A stretch of 64,000 bases of DNA from an uncultured Candidatus Saccharibacteria bacterium (GCA_964404005.1 CAYOIH010000001.1:226-64225), one strand, 5' to 3'. Shown: positions 36,614 through 47,823, numbered from the stretch's first letter. Program-made: numbers and translations. Notes: generated from the letters alone by a model not told the origin.

Positions 36614-37759
36614 ATGAAGGGAAAGAACAAAAAAAATAAAAAAATGGTTTTTTTAACTGCGACAAGGGCCGATTTTGGGAAGTTAAAACCATTAATAAAT
36701 ATGGTTGAAAAATCCGATTTTTTTGAATGTTTTGTTTTTGTGACGGGCATGCACACATTGCCAAAATACGGCTTAACTCTTAGAGAAGTTGAAAAGCAGG
36801 GCTACAAAAACATTTTCACCTATAAAAATCAGAAAGACGCCACCAACATGGATATTATTTTAGCCAACACGATAAAAGGATTCAGCTCTTTTGTAAAAAA
36901 AATAAGACCGGACATAATTGTGCTACATGGAGACAGGGTTGAGCCATTGGCTGGGGCGATTACCGGTTCTTTGAATAATATTTTGGTTGCCCATGTAGAG
37001 GGCGGGGAGATTTCTGGCACTGTTGACGAATTGATACGCCACGCAATTTCCAAGCTTTCTCATCTGCATTTTGTTGCCAATAAAGAGGCCAAAACAAGAT
37101 TGATACAAATGGGAGAATCAAGCGGCAATATTTTTACCATAGGTTCTCCGGACATTGATATTATGAAGTCGGATAATTTACCGAAAATTGAAGGAGCCAG
37201 GAAAAGATATAATATCCCCTTCAAAAAATATTCAATTTTTATTTATCATCCGGTTGTAGGAGAAATTAGATCGCTCAAAAAAGACATAAAAAAAATTGTT
37301 GAAGTGGCTATAGAATCTAAGAAAAATTACGTTGTAATATATCCCAACAACGATATGGGCGCAGATATTATCTTGAATGAATACAAAAAATTCCGGGGTA
37401 AAAAAGAATTTAAAATTTTTCCGTCGCTGCGGTTCGAATATTTTTTAACACTGATGAAAAATGCAGAATTTATAATGGGAAATTCAAGCAGCGGGATCAG
37501 GGAGGCCGAGGTGTATGGCATTCCTTCAATAAACATCGGGACAAGACAAAAAAACAGGACGAGGAACAAAGACATTATAAACGTCCTCGTCGATAAAAAG
37601 GAAATACTTAAGGCAATTGATATGGCGGGTAAAAAGAAATTGCAAGCGATTAATAATTTTGGCAGTGGCAATAGCGCCGAAAAATTTTACAAAATTATTT
37701 TGGACAAAGGTTTTTGGAATACAGATATCCAGAAACAGTTTTTGGATTTTAAAAAGTAA
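36614..37759 (+). CDS. neuC: hydrolysing UDP-GlcNAc 2-epimerase
   Basis: TRADFGKLKPL, HGDRVE, EGGEISGTVDE, GNSSSGIRE. Confidence 0.92.
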   Translation: MKGKNKKNKKMVFLTATRADFGKLKPLINMVEKSDFFECFVFVTGMHTLPKYGLTLREVEKQGYKNIFTYKNQKDATNMDIILANTIKGFSSFVKKIRPDIIVLHGDRVEPLAGAITGSLNNILVAHVEGGEISGTVDELIRHAISKLSHLHFVANKEAKTRLIQMGESSGNIFTIGSPDIDIMKSDNLPKIEGARKRYNIPFKKYSIFIYHPVVGEIRSLKKDIKKIVEVAIESKKNYVVIYPNNDMGADIILNEYKKFRGKKEFKIFPSLRFEYFLTLMKNAEFIMGNSSSGIREAEVYGIPSINIGTRQKNRTRNKDIINVLVDKKEILKAIDMAGKKKLQAINNFGSGNSAEKFYKIILDKGFWNTDIQKQFLDFKK

Positions 37760-37773
37760 AGTGAATAATTAAC

Positions 37774-39213
37774 TTGGAAAAAAGTCTTATAAAAAATACC
37801 GGAATTTACTTTATAGTTAATTTGCTTTCGCAATTTGCTGTTTTTGTTTTGTGGATCATTATAGCAGGGGTGCTTTCTCCTTTGGAGGTTGGCGTATACG
37901 CTCTGGCTATTTTCATAGTTGATTTCTTTGGGGCATTCGCTATTTTTGGGTTGAACTCCGCTATCACCAGATTTTATTATTCTGAAGAGTCGGTTCAGGA
38001 GGTGTTTTTCAATTCACTGATAATTCTTATTGCTTCTATTATTATATCTGTAGCCGCGCTGTTTCTATCTGCGGGTTTTATCTCTTGGTTTATCCCAGGT
38101 ATTTCTGGTATTCTCAACGGCAATATTTTTTTATTTAACTCGCTGATTTTAACCTCTTCCATTTATAATTTTGCGCTCTCTCACTACTCCGCCTTAAAAA
38201 GGACCCTTCTGTATGCTAAAGTTAGTTTATCGCAAACAATTTTATTTTTTCTTTTTGCTTTACTGTTCTTATATATTAAACTCGGAATTTTGGGAATTTT
38301 TTATGCGTTGTTTATTTCCTACTCAATTCCGGCATTGTTGTTTATTTTTCAGGAAATAAAATCCCTCTCCTTCCGATTTTTTTCCATAAAAATTATAAAA
38401 TCACTACTACATTATAGCATCCCTATGATGCTATATTCAATATTGGGGACTATTGTGATGTATGCCGGAAGAATTTTTCTAGACAAATACGCAAGCATTT
38501 CAACTTTGGGAGTTTACGGATTTTTTTTGATAGTGATGTTGCAGATCAATGCCATTTGGTCAACTTTCAACAAGGCGTGGACTCCGGAAATATTCTCTCA
38601 ACTAAAAGAAAATAAAAAAAGGGCGCTGGAAAACGTAAAAAGCATGGCATTCATTTCCAGCTTTGTTTATTCGATATTTTTTATTATGCTTATAATTTTT
38701 AAACAGGTCGGACTTTTAGGATTATTTATAAAACCCATATACCTGTCAAATATTTATATTCTGTACATCCTTTTGTTGGCGCCCTTGTTTACCGGCATTT
38801 ACACATCAGCATATCCTCTTTTTTATTATAAAAAAAAGACAGGAATGATTTTAATGATATCCATTGCTCTTAATTTTTTGTCTATAGCATTAACATTTTT
38901 TATGGTAAAATCATTCAGTCAGATGGGTGCCGCATTAAGCTATTTTATTTCATCCGCCCTGTCTGTATTCGTTTTTTTGTTCGCCTTCAAAAAAGATATG
39001 GGTATTTCCTCAAGCATTATAAAATGGGCTTTATTTGTGTTTTCCGCGGCCGTCCTAGGAATTTACATCTTCCTGGAAACATCGTCAAGTATACTGCTCC
39101 TCTTTATTTTCGTTGCAATCGCGCTTCTGGCTTATAAGTTTGGGTCGTTATCCAAAAAACAATATTTATTAGTATCTCTTTGGAAGGATATTGGGTTTAA
39201 ATTTAAGGTTTAA
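37774..39213 (+). CDS. wzx: Wzx-type oligosaccharide flippase
   Basis: ~14 TM segments, LIKNTGIY N-terminus, position in glycan cluster. Confidence 0.8.
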   Translation: MEKSLIKNTGIYFIVNLLSQFAVFVLWIIIAGVLSPLEVGVYALAIFIVDFFGAFAIFGLNSAITRFYYSEESVQEVFFNSLIILIASIIISVAALFLSAGFISWFIPGISGILNGNIFLFNSLILTSSIYNFALSHYSALKRTLLYAKVSLSQTILFFLFALLFLYIKLGILGIFYALFISYSIPALLFIFQEIKSLSFRFFSIKIIKSLLHYSIPMMLYSILGTIVMYAGRIFLDKYASISTLGVYGFFLIVMLQINAIWSTFNKAWTPEIFSQLKENKKRALENVKSMAFISSFVYSIFFIMLIIFKQVGLLGLFIKPIYLSNIYILYILLLAPLFTGIYTSAYPLFYYKKKTGMILMISIALNFLSIALTFFMVKSFSQMGAALSYFISSALSVFVFLFAFKKDMGISSSIIKWALFVFSAAVLGIYIFLETSSSILLLFIFVAIALLAYKFGSLSKKQYLLVSLWKDIGFKFKV

Positions 39214-39301
39214 TTTAGCAATGAAAAAAAATAGAACCAAAACGCATATCCAAAAATTTCTGATTAGGATGGATTTACATTAATAGAAGAGTTTATTTAT
39301 T

Positions 39302-40654
39302 ATGAATAATAAAAATTCAAACATCAAAGTTCTTTTTTATACCTTTACCGCAAGGGCTTTTAGGACAACCTTGGTCGGTCATTTGTATGAAATATGCCGG
39401 GCTTGGCCTACGGTTTTAATTTCTGAGAAATTGGATCAAGATTCAGAGGATGCTTTGAAAAATAAAGATTTTCCCCACAAATTAGGAAAAATAATACAGA
39501 TTCGTCAGTTCAGCGGGGTAGAAAAAAATAACATATTTGCTCAAAATAAGTATCTTTATAGCTTAGCGAAAAAATTTATTGAAGAAGAAAAGCCCGATAT
39601 AGTTGTTACTGCCAGCGACATGCATTCGTTGTTTGAGATGTATCTGTTGAGGTTGGCAAAAAAGAATAATTCATTGAATTTGTGTTTGCAACCCTCAAAT
39701 ACAGGTGGCATTAAAGTCGTTGAAAAGTGGGTTGATCATATTAACGCTTATTTAAGGTTCCCTATATTTTTACCTTTGTGGTTGAGGATTTTTTTAGTAA
39801 AATGCAGAAAATATTCTGGCCACCTTTTTTATTATTGGATTTTACCGGTAACAGCGGGCCAGATGCCATTTTTTGGGAAATCAAGCCATATACTGGTAAG
39901 AGGCAATTCGGGGATGAGAGATTCGGACTATCAAATAGTTTTTTCTCATAGAGATTACAATTTTTTTATTAAAGATGGAGTGCCAGCTGAAAAATTAAGA
40001 ATTTTGTCACATCCTTTAGCTAGAAAAAAGACAAGGGAATTTTTTGAAAAAATATATTTTAAGAATTATAAGAAAAACAAGGGCAAAAAAACTGTTGTAT
40101 TAATGATTCCTACGGGAATAGAAATCGGATTTTTTAAAAAAGATTTTTCCTTGATTCCTCAAAAAGGAAGGGAGGAGAAATGGGTTGAAACGATAAGATT
40201 AATCAGCAGGATCCTTCCAGGCTGGGACATATTCATAAAACCGCATCCCGATACTAATACTAAAAACTTTGATGATATAAAAAACATGATAGAATCAATT
40301 TCGGAAAATATAAAAATCGCCGACCCCGGAGAGCCAGCGGACAAATATATTGAATTGGCTGATATTATTATAGGTTTGCCACCGTCAACAAGCACGACAA
40401 TTTTCACGGCTTCATTGCAGTGTCCGGAAAAACCGATAATCTCTCTGGATTTTTATCAGGAGGTTTTGGGAGATTTTTACAAGGAATTCGAGGGTATTGA
40501 ATATATCGACAACGAAAAAAGATTTATTGAGATATTGAAAGATATTCGGGATAAAAAATATCAAAAGAAACAAAGATTAAAAAAAGAAGAATTTTCAAAC
40601 ATAGTCGAATTAATAAATAATTTAATCAGCGCAAAAAATGAAAAAAGAAATTAA
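39302..40654 (+). CDS. hypothetical GT-B protein, candidate sialyl/nonulosonyl transferase
   Basis: IKPHP and STSTT motifs in the C-terminal domain; follows neu genes and wzx. Confidence 0.5.
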   Translation: MNNKNSNIKVLFYTFTARAFRTTLVGHLYEICRAWPTVLISEKLDQDSEDALKNKDFPHKLGKIIQIRQFSGVEKNNIFAQNKYLYSLAKKFIEEEKPDIVVTASDMHSLFEMYLLRLAKKNNSLNLCLQPSNTGGIKVVEKWVDHINAYLRFPIFLPLWLRIFLVKCRKYSGHLFYYWILPVTAGQMPFFGKSSHILVRGNSGMRDSDYQIVFSHRDYNFFIKDGVPAEKLRILSHPLARKKTREFFEKIYFKNYKKNKGKKTVVLMIPTGIEIGFFKKDFSLIPQKGREEKWVETIRLISRILPGWDIFIKPHPDTNTKNFDDIKNMIESISENIKIADPGEPADKYIELADIIIGLPPSTSTTIFTASLQCPEKPIISLDFYQEVLGDFYKEFEGIEYIDNEKRFIEILKDIRDKKYQKKQRLKKEEFSNIVELINNLISAKNEKRN

Positions 40655-41177
40655 AATTTTTTTAAATCTGTTAATTTATATTTTTGTTGGATTGTTTGAC
40701 TTAATTATTCGCCCTTTCAAAAGATATGTATTTTTTGTGATTCAAAGTGTAAGAATGGCAAAGTGGAAAACAAAATTAGGTAGTTTAGGGGATAATGTAG
40801 AAATATATCCCGATGTAATAATGCATTTTTCCAAGAACATAAAAATTGGAAATAACGTATCAATAACTGAGTTTGTTCATATGTGGGGCGCCGGCGGGAT
40901 AGAGATTGGCGATGACACCGTTATCGCCGCGCACTCAATTATTACTTCACAAACGCATGATGCCAACGCCGATTCTTACAGGTCGACGCAAGTTTTTAAA
41001 CCCGTGAAAATCGGCAAAAATGTTTGGATTGGTTCGGGAGCGATAATACTGCCAGGTATAACGGTGGGAGATAATGCTATCGTAGGTGCAGGTAGTGTAG
41101 TTACACATGATGTTGAGCCGAATATAACGGTTGTGGGGATTCCCGCAAGAATACTGCAACGTATAGAAAGAAAATAA
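40638..41177 (+). CDS. hexapeptide-repeat (LbH) acyltransferase
   Basis: IGKNVWIGSGAIILPGITVGDNAIVGAGSVVT..GIPAR. Confidence 0.9.
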   Translation: MKKEIKIFLNLLIYIFVGLFDLIIRPFKRYVFFVIQSVRMAKWKTKLGSLGDNVEIYPDVIMHFSKNIKIGNNVSITEFVHMWGAGGIEIGDDTVIAAHSIITSQTHDANADSYRSTQVFKPVKIGKNVWIGSGAIILPGITVGDNAIVGAGSVVTHDVEPNITVVGIPARILQRIERK

Positions 41178-41288
41178 AATTATGGTTAATTCCCGCCCTT
41201 CTTGTAAAAATGATAATATAAGTTATATTGGTGCTGTTCCCGCAGAAGGAACTATAAATGTTTTATGCAAGCCAGATTAAGATTTAAA

Positions 41289-42008
41289 ATGAAAATAATA
41301 AAAAATATAGTAGTTAATTTAATCCATTGGTCGGGGTACGACATTTATAAGATACCTAAAACAGATTTTTCTGGTTTGGATAAATTAAACATTAAAACTA
41401 TTATAGACATAGGCGCTAATCGTGGACAGTTTGCCAGGAGGGTTTTTTTAATCTTTCCAGAAGCAAAAATTTTCTGTTTTGAGCCGGTCGAAGAAGCCTT
41501 TGACGGTTTAAAAAAATGGGCAGAATCTTCAGGTCAGGGAAGGGTTTTCGTTTTTAATGTGGCACTTGGAGATAAGGAGGAAGAAAAAGAAATGTTTTTA
41601 CATTTAAATCACACCGATTCATCCTCAATGCTCCAAACAACCAAAAGCTTCGAAAATGATTTTCATTTAGCCCAGAATCAGAAAAAAATAAAAGTGAATC
41701 AATATACTTTGGATACGGCCTTGGAAAAATTGGTAAAGAAAGAATTAGAAAAAGAAGTATTGGTAAAAATGGATGTTCAGGGATATGAAGGTTTGGTTAT
41801 TAGTGGCGCAAAAAAAATATTGCTAAAATCTAAAGCCTGTATTATTGAAATCGTTAACGATGAATTTTACAAAGGCCAGCCGGATTTCAAGAAAATATTT
41901 TTTTTGATGGACAATTTTGGATTTAAGTATTATGGAAACTTAGAACAAGTTATAGACCATAGAGATGGGCATATTACTTATTACGATGCGATTTTTATAA
42001 AAAAATAA
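41289..42008 (+). CDS. FkbM-family methyltransferase
   Basis: IDIGANRGQ, FEP, KMDVQGYE; alternative start 41265. Confidence 0.88.
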   Translation: MKIIKNIVVNLIHWSGYDIYKIPKTDFSGLDKLNIKTIIDIGANRGQFARRVFLIFPEAKIFCFEPVEEAFDGLKKWAESSGQGRVFVFNVALGDKEEEKEMFLHLNHTDSSSMLQTTKSFENDFHLAQNQKKIKVNQYTLDTALEKLVKKELEKEVLVKMDVQGYEGLVISGAKKILLKSKACIIEIVNDEFYKGQPDFKKIFFLMDNFGFKYYGNLEQVIDHRDGHITYYDAIFIKK

Positions 42009-42009
42009 C

Positions 42010-42939
42010 ATGAAAAGAGAATACAAAAAAATATTAGTTGCCGGCGGGAGCGGATTTTTGGGAAAGAGCGTGATTCAAAAACTAAAAGAGAGGAATCTCA
42101 ATTTCGTTTCTTTAGATTTAGCAACCGGCCACGATTTCCGTGACTTCGAAAAAAATAAAAAAGTTTTTGATGAAGAAAAATTTGATGCCGTAATACATTG
42201 CGCTGCTTTTGTTGGAGGAATTCAATTTGGATATGAGCATCCTGCCGAACTATTTTACAACAATATTTTAATGACTACCTACCTTATGGAGACCGCCAGA
42301 TTGGCCGGAGTCAAAAGATTTATTAATCCAATCTCAAACTGTGTTTACCCTGGGTCCGCATCCCTTTTTAAAGAAGAAGAATTATGGGACGGACCTATGC
42401 ACGAATCTGTTGCGAGCTATGGACTTACTAAAAAGGCGGGCTTGGTCCAAGGACAGAGTTATTATAAACAATATGGCTTTGACTCAGTTCATTTAATTTT
42501 GCCGAACATGTATGGCCCCGGAGACCATTTTGAAGAAGTAAAGTCGCACGCGTTGGGGGCCCTGATAATGAAATTTGAGGAAGCTAGGAGGAAAAATATT
42601 TCAGAGGTTGCCGTATGGGGAAGCGGAAAACCAATTAGAGAGTGGCTTTATGTCGAGGACGGAGCAGAAGCTTTGGTGAGAGCTTTGTTTATTGATTCAT
42701 ATAACGAACCCGTAAATATAGGAATTGGCAAAGGGATTTCAATTGCAGAATTGGCAATCTTAATAAGGGGGGCAGTTGGGTATAATGGCAAAATAGTTTT
42801 TGATCCATCTAAGCCCGATGGAGCCCCGACAAAAACAATGGAAGTAAGCAAAATGAGAAAAATATTTGACTGGGAACCCAAAATCCAGCTTGAAGATGGA
42901 ATTAGAAAAACAGTAGAATATTATAAAAATAATTTTTAA
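42010..42939 (+). CDS. fcl: GDP-L-fucose synthase-like reductase/epimerase
   Basis: GGSGFLG, AAFVGGI, NMYGPGD, WGSGKPIREW, KPDG. Confidence 0.85.
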   Translation: MKREYKKILVAGGSGFLGKSVIQKLKERNLNFVSLDLATGHDFRDFEKNKKVFDEEKFDAVIHCAAFVGGIQFGYEHPAELFYNNILMTTYLMETARLAGVKRFINPISNCVYPGSASLFKEEELWDGPMHESVASYGLTKKAGLVQGQSYYKQYGFDSVHLILPNMYGPGDHFEEVKSHALGALIMKFEEARRKNISEVAVWGSGKPIREWLYVEDGAEALVRALFIDSYNEPVNIGIGKGISIAELAILIRGAVGYNGKIVFDPSKPDGAPTKTMEVSKMRKIFDWEPKIQLEDGIRKTVEYYKNNF

Positions 42940-42950
42940 AACCGCATATT

Positions 42951-44168
42951 ATGTTCAGAAAACTATGCTTAGCATGTAGCTCACAGAATCTTACAAAAAT
43001 TATTGATTTGGGAATGCATCCATTTGCTGACACCTTTATTCCTGAATCGCGACTCAGTGAATCTGAGCCGGTTTATCCGTTGTCGTGTGATTTGTGCAAA
43101 GACTGTGGTCACATCCAGACTTCATGTATAACTAATCCGATGGACCGCTATGCTTCCTATGATTATTCGTATACTTCGGCAAATTCCACATTTTCAAAAA
43201 ACCACTGGCAGAATTATGCAGTGGAAGTTCCTACAAGAATAAATTTAGAAAAAGGAGCCAGTATTATTGATGTTGGTTCAAACGACGGCTTTTTGCCGGA
43301 ACATTTTCAGAAGAACGGATATAGGGTTTTAGGGGTGGACCCATCTCAGTTTATGGTAGATCTGGCAAAAAAAAACAATGTAGAAACCTTCATTGGACTT
43401 TTTAATTTAGAAACCGCAGCAAAAATTTTAGAAGATTTTGGAAAGGTAAATCTAATCACTGCAAATAACGTTTTTAACCATTCAGACGCGCCACAAGATT
43501 TTGTAAAAGCAGTTGAGTTGATTTTGGCTAAAGATGGTGTGTTTGTTTTTGAATCGCCTTATTGGATGTCCACCTTCAAAACAAAAAAATTTGATCAAAT
43601 TTATCACGAGCATGTAAGTTATTTTACGGTTAAGTCCGCTAGAAAAGTTTTGGAAGCGGCGGATTTAGTGATCACAGACGTACAAATGGTAAATTATCAC
43701 GGTGGATCTCTCCGCGTATTTTCAAAAAGAAAAAATGATGCTAAAAATGAAGCCTCAATAGTAAAAGAATTAATTGAAAAAGAAGAAGCGTTAGAACTTT
43801 TTAATCAGGAAAGTTATGTAAAGTTTATGCAAAATATCTTAGACCAGCGCAATGTATTTCTTAAAAAAGTTTATGAAATAAAATCCAACGGTGAACCAAT
43901 TATTGCAGTTGGAGCTGCGGCTAAAGGGAACACCTTTCTTAATTTTTATAATTTAAATCATACTGTAATTGATTATGTGACAGATTCGTCTCCTTATAAA
44001 TGCGGGAAGCACACTCCTTTATCAAGAATTCCAATTAAAAATGATGATATTTTTTCTCAATACAAAGACGTTTATGCTTTGATTCTTTCCTGGAATATTG
44101 CAGACCAGCTTAAAGATAATTTAGGTAAAATAAATAAAAAAATAAAATTTATTTCTCCGGAAAAATAA
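42951..44168 (+). CDS. NDP-sugar C-methyltransferase
   Basis: N-terminal CxxC..CxxC zinc site, [25 protein letters not shown]. Confidence 0.88.
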   Translation: MFRKLCLACSSQNLTKIIDLGMHPFADTFIPESRLSESEPVYPLSCDLCKDCGHIQTSCITNPMDRYASYDYSYTSANSTFSKNHWQNYAVEVPTRINLEKGASIIDVGSNDGFLPEHFQKNGYRVLGVDPSQFMVDLAKKNNVETFIGLFNLETAAKILEDFGKVNLITANNVFNHSDAPQDFVKAVELILAKDGVFVFESPYWMSTFKTKKFDQIYHEHVSYFTVKSARKVLEAADLVITDVQMVNYHGGSLRVFSKRKNDAKNEASIVKELIEKEEALELFNQESYVKFMQNILDQRNVFLKKVYEIKSNGEPIIAVGAAAKGNTFLNFYNLNHTVIDYVTDSSPYKCGKHTPLSRIPIKNDDIFSQYKDVYALILSWNIADQLKDNLGKINKKIKFISPEK

Positions 44169-44169
44169 T

Positions 44170-45225
44170 ATGAAAAAAGCTTTAATCACGGGGGTTACGG
44201 GGCAGGACGGTTCTTATCTGGCCGAATTCCTAATCCATAAAGGATACGAAGTTCATGCAATAATTCGTAGGTCCAGTACTTTTAATACATCAAGAATAAG
44301 CCACATAATAGTTGATGAACACAATCCTTCTGGAGCAAAATTTTTCTTTTACTACGGGGATATGACAGACAGCACATGTTTAATTTCTTTGATACAAAAA
44401 ATCCAGCCGGACGAGATTTATAATTTAGCTGCCCAGAGTCACGTAATGGTTTCCTTTGAGACTCCGGAATATACAGCCAATTCTGATGCTATGGGAACAT
44501 TGAGAATGTTGGAAGCAATAAGACTTCTGGGGTTAGCCGATAAAACGAAATTTTATCAAGCGTCTTCGAGCGAGATGTTCGGCAAAATACAAGAAACTCC
44601 GCAAACAGAGAAGACTCCTTTTTATCCAAGATCCCCGTATGGGGTAGCTAAGTTATATGCACACTGGATAACCATAAATTATAGAGAGGCTTATAACATG
44701 TTTGCAGTAAATGGTATCTTATTTAATCACGAAAGCCCGAGGCGTGGAGAAACTTTTGTCACCAGAAAAATTACTCGCGCCATAGCGAATATTTTAGCAG
44801 GCAGGGAGGAGAAAATATATTTGGGGAACTTAGATGCAAAAAGAGATTGGGGTTTTGCCCCAGAATATGTTGAAGCAATGTGGCTGATGTTACAGCAAAA
44901 GAATTCGGAAGACTTTGTAATAGGAACAGGGGAAACCCATTCGGTGAAAGAGTTTATTGATGAAGCTTTTAATTACGCCGGATTAGACATTAAAAAACAC
45001 CTCGAAATTGATACAAGATATATGCGTCCGACAGAGGTTGATCTTCTGATTTCTAATCCTTCAAAGGCGAAAAAAGTTTTAAATTGGGAGCCCAAAATAA
45101 AATTTAAGGATTTAGTTAAAATTATGGTCGATGCAGATATGCGAGCCGTTGGTTTAACTCCGCCAGGGGAAGGAGACAAAATTTTAAAAGAAAAATTCCC
45201 AGATAAATGGTGGCAAAAAGATTAA
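44170..45225 (+). CDS. gmd: GDP-mannose 4,6-dehydratase
   Basis: [40 protein letters not shown]. Confidence 0.96.
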   Translation: MKKALITGVTGQDGSYLAEFLIHKGYEVHAIIRRSSTFNTSRISHIIVDEHNPSGAKFFFYYGDMTDSTCLISLIQKIQPDEIYNLAAQSHVMVSFETPEYTANSDAMGTLRMLEAIRLLGLADKTKFYQASSSEMFGKIQETPQTEKTPFYPRSPYGVAKLYAHWITINYREAYNMFAVNGILFNHESPRRGETFVTRKITRAIANILAGREEKIYLGNLDAKRDWGFAPEYVEAMWLMLQQKNSEDFVIGTGETHSVKEFIDEAFNYAGLDIKKHLEIDTRYMRPTEVDLLISNPSKAKKVLNWEPKIKFKDLVKIMVDADMRAVGLTPPGEGDKILKEKFPDKWWQKD

Positions 45226-45248
45226 ATAAACAAAATAATTTTTTAAAG

Positions 45249-46349
45249 ATGAAAAGAAAAATTATACCTCAGATAGAACCCTTCATAGGCAAAGAAGAGT
45301 TAAAAGAAGTTTCCGAAACCATAAAAAACAAATGGATTTCCGGTGGTTTTAAGTTGAAAGATTTTCAAGGGAAGATTGCTAAATTATGCGGAGTAAAACA
45401 TGCTATAGGAGTATGTAACGGCACACAGGCTCTTTACGTGGGGTTGAAAATCTTAGGAATCGGGCCGGGCGACGAAGTGATTGTGCCGGATTTTACCTTT
45501 ATAGCTTCTGCTAACTCTGTTTTTTGGACGGGAGCTACGCCGGTTTTTGTTGATATTGATAAAAAAACTTTTAATATTGACCCCGTGAAGATTGAAGAAG
45601 CAATTACTCAAAAAACAAAAGCAATAATGCCGGTTCATATTTATGGGCAGTCAGCTGATATGGGAAAAATAATGGAGATTGCGAAAAAACATAAATTATT
45701 TGTTATTGAAGATGCTGCTCAGGGAATTAAGGTAAATTTTAAAGGAAAGCCGGTGGGCGGGTTTGGTGATGTTGGTTGTATGTCTTTTTATGCAGATAAG
45801 GTTATAACAACCGGAGAAGGCGGGATGGTTCTAACTAATGATGATGAATTAGCTAAAAAAGCAGTTATTCTTTTAAACCAAGGTAGGTCAGGAAGGGGAT
45901 GGTATATTCATGATTACATGGGTTATAATTTTCGCCTTACCGACCTTCAGGCAGCTGTGGGGGTAGCCCAAATAAAGAAACTACCGTTGATTATTAAAAA
46001 AAGAAAAAAGATCGAAAAACTTTATAAAAATTATTTGGCCGGGGTAAAAGGAGTTGAGTTCCCATTTGTTGACCCTCGTGGCGATAAAATTCCTTATAGG
46101 ATTACAATTTTAGTTGAGAAGCCACAAGAGTTATTGGATTTTTTGGACAAAGGGGGCATTAAGGCCTCTAGAAGTTTCTATCCGCTACATCTTCAGCCCT
46201 GTTATAATATTAAAGGGAATTTTCCTAATTCGGTTTTTGCATATGAAAGGATTTTACGTTTACCCTCGGGGACGGGCTTAACCGAAAAAGAAATTTGTTA
46301 TGTTTGTGATAAAATTAAATTATTTTTTAAAAATTATGACAGAAAATAA
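45249..46349 (+). CDS. DegT-family sugar aminotransferase (perosamine-synthase-like)
   Basis: FTFIASAN, EDAAQ, SFYADKVITTGEGG; follows gmd. Confidence 0.85.
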   Translation: MKRKIIPQIEPFIGKEELKEVSETIKNKWISGGFKLKDFQGKIAKLCGVKHAIGVCNGTQALYVGLKILGIGPGDEVIVPDFTFIASANSVFWTGATPVFVDIDKKTFNIDPVKIEEAITQKTKAIMPVHIYGQSADMGKIMEIAKKHKLFVIEDAAQGIKVNFKGKPVGGFGDVGCMSFYADKVITTGEGGMVLTNDDELAKKAVILLNQGRSGRGWYIHDYMGYNFRLTDLQAAVGVAQIKKLPLIIKKRKKIEKLYKNYLAGVKGVEFPFVDPRGDKIPYRITILVEKPQELLDFLDKGGIKASRSFYPLHLQPCYNIKGNFPNSVFAYERILRLPSGTGLTEKEICYVCDKIKLFFKNYDRK

Positions 46350-46905
46350 AATAAATAAAAAAAAAGCTGAAGAGATAAAGTTACATTTAGGCTGTGGGAC
46401 AAGATATATCCCCGGATTCATTCATATTGATATTAGAAAACTACCCCATGTGGATTATGCAACTTCAGCTGATAAATTAAAGATGTTTAAAGATAATTCG
46501 GTAGATTTGATTTACGCTTGTCATATTCTTGATCATTTTAAGAGGGACCAGATAGGGGGTGTTTTAAAAGAATGGCACCGGGTCTTAAAACCCGGAGGGA
46601 TATTAAGATTAGCGGTCTCTGATTTTGAGCAGATAGTCAAAGTTTACCTTAAATATAAAGATTTAAAATTGGTTGTAGGACCCCTGATGGGCAGACAAGA
46701 TTATCCCGCGAACACTCATGGCATGAGTTTCGACTTTAGTTATTTGTCCGAATTTTTAAAGAAAGCCGGATTTAAAAAAATCAGGAGATATAATTGGGAA
46801 GAGACAATTCATAAAGATTATGACGACTTATCCCAGGCCTATATTCCTCATATGGATAAAAAGAGCGGTATTTTAATAAGCCTCAATGTAGAAGCTGAAA
46901 AATAA
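46336..46905 (+). CDS. class I SAM methyltransferase
   Basis: LHLGCG, HILDH, RVLKPGG. Confidence 0.85.
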   Translation: MTENKINKKKAEEIKLHLGCGTRYIPGFIHIDIRKLPHVDYATSADKLKMFKDNSVDLIYACHILDHFKRDQIGGVLKEWHRVLKPGGILRLAVSDFEQIVKVYLKYKDLKLVVGPLMGRQDYPANTHGMSFDFSYLSEFLKKAGFKKIRRYNWEETIHKDYDDLSQAYIPHMDKKSGILISLNVEAEK

Positions 46906-46907
46906 CT

Positions 46908-47822
46908 ATGAGGAATAAAATTCCAGAAGAAGAAATAAAAGATTTTATATTGAAGCCGAATTTTGACGAGGTAGTTTTACTGAATAAAAACTCTGATTTT
47001 CCAAAAATTTCTGTTGTCATTCCATCTTTCAATGCGGTTCAATTTTTAGAAAAAACCATTCTCAGTGCGCTAAATCAGAATTATCCTAACCTGGAGTTAA
47101 TTGTAATTGATGGCGGCTCCACCGACGGCACGCTTGAAATAATCAAAAAATATGAGAAGTTTATTTATTATTGGAAAAGCGAAAAAGACCGGGGAGAGGC
47201 TGACGCCATAAATAAGGGATTTCCGATAGCGACCGGAGAATTAGTTAACGAAATGAACGCCGACGATATTTTTTTGCCGGGCGCGCTAATGACCGTAGGA
47301 AAGTTTTTTAGAGAAAACAAAAACACGGACGTTATTTTTGGGAACATGCTCAATATAGATGAAAATGACAAAATTGTCGGAGAGTGCGTGTACACTAAAT
47401 TCTCGAGGACAGTTTACCAATATGAAGGAGTCTCGCTAGGGTCTCAAAGTGCTTTCTGGAAAAGAAGCTTATTTAAGAAGATTGGCGCACATGATGCAAA
47501 CTTAAAATTATCGCCAGATTACGACTTTTTTTTACGATTAGGAATTGCGGGAGCCAAATTTAAATATCTTCCTTATTTTTTTAGCGCCATGAGAAGACAT
47601 AAGGGCTCTTTAACCGAAAACTTTGCTTACACTCCAAAGTATTTTGAAGAGATGGCAATTATCGATAACCGCTATGGGAAAAAAAAATGGGCGGAGCCAT
47701 TTTTAAAAGTGTATTCTATTGGATACAGGGTTTTAAACTATTTTTTACAGGGTGACGGAGATTATGTTATTAACGGGTTTATAAGGAGAATTAAAAACAA
47801 AAGCATTTTTAGCGGGAAGTAA
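46908..47822 (+). CDS. GT2 glycosyltransferase
   Basis: SVVIPSFN, DGGSTDGT, NADD. Confidence 0.9.
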   Translation: MRNKIPEEEIKDFILKPNFDEVVLLNKNSDFPKISVVIPSFNAVQFLEKTILSALNQNYPNLELIVIDGGSTDGTLEIIKKYEKFIYYWKSEKDRGEADAINKGFPIATGELVNEMNADDIFLPGALMTVGKFFRENKNTDVIFGNMLNIDENDKIVGECVYTKFSRTVYQYEGVSLGSQSAFWKRSLFKKIGAHDANLKLSPDYDFFLRLGIAGAKFKYLPYFFSAMRRHKGSLTENFAYTPKYFEEMAIIDNRYGKKKWAEPFLKVYSIGYRVLNYFLQGDGDYVINGFIRRIKNKSIFSGK

Positions 47823-47823
47823 C

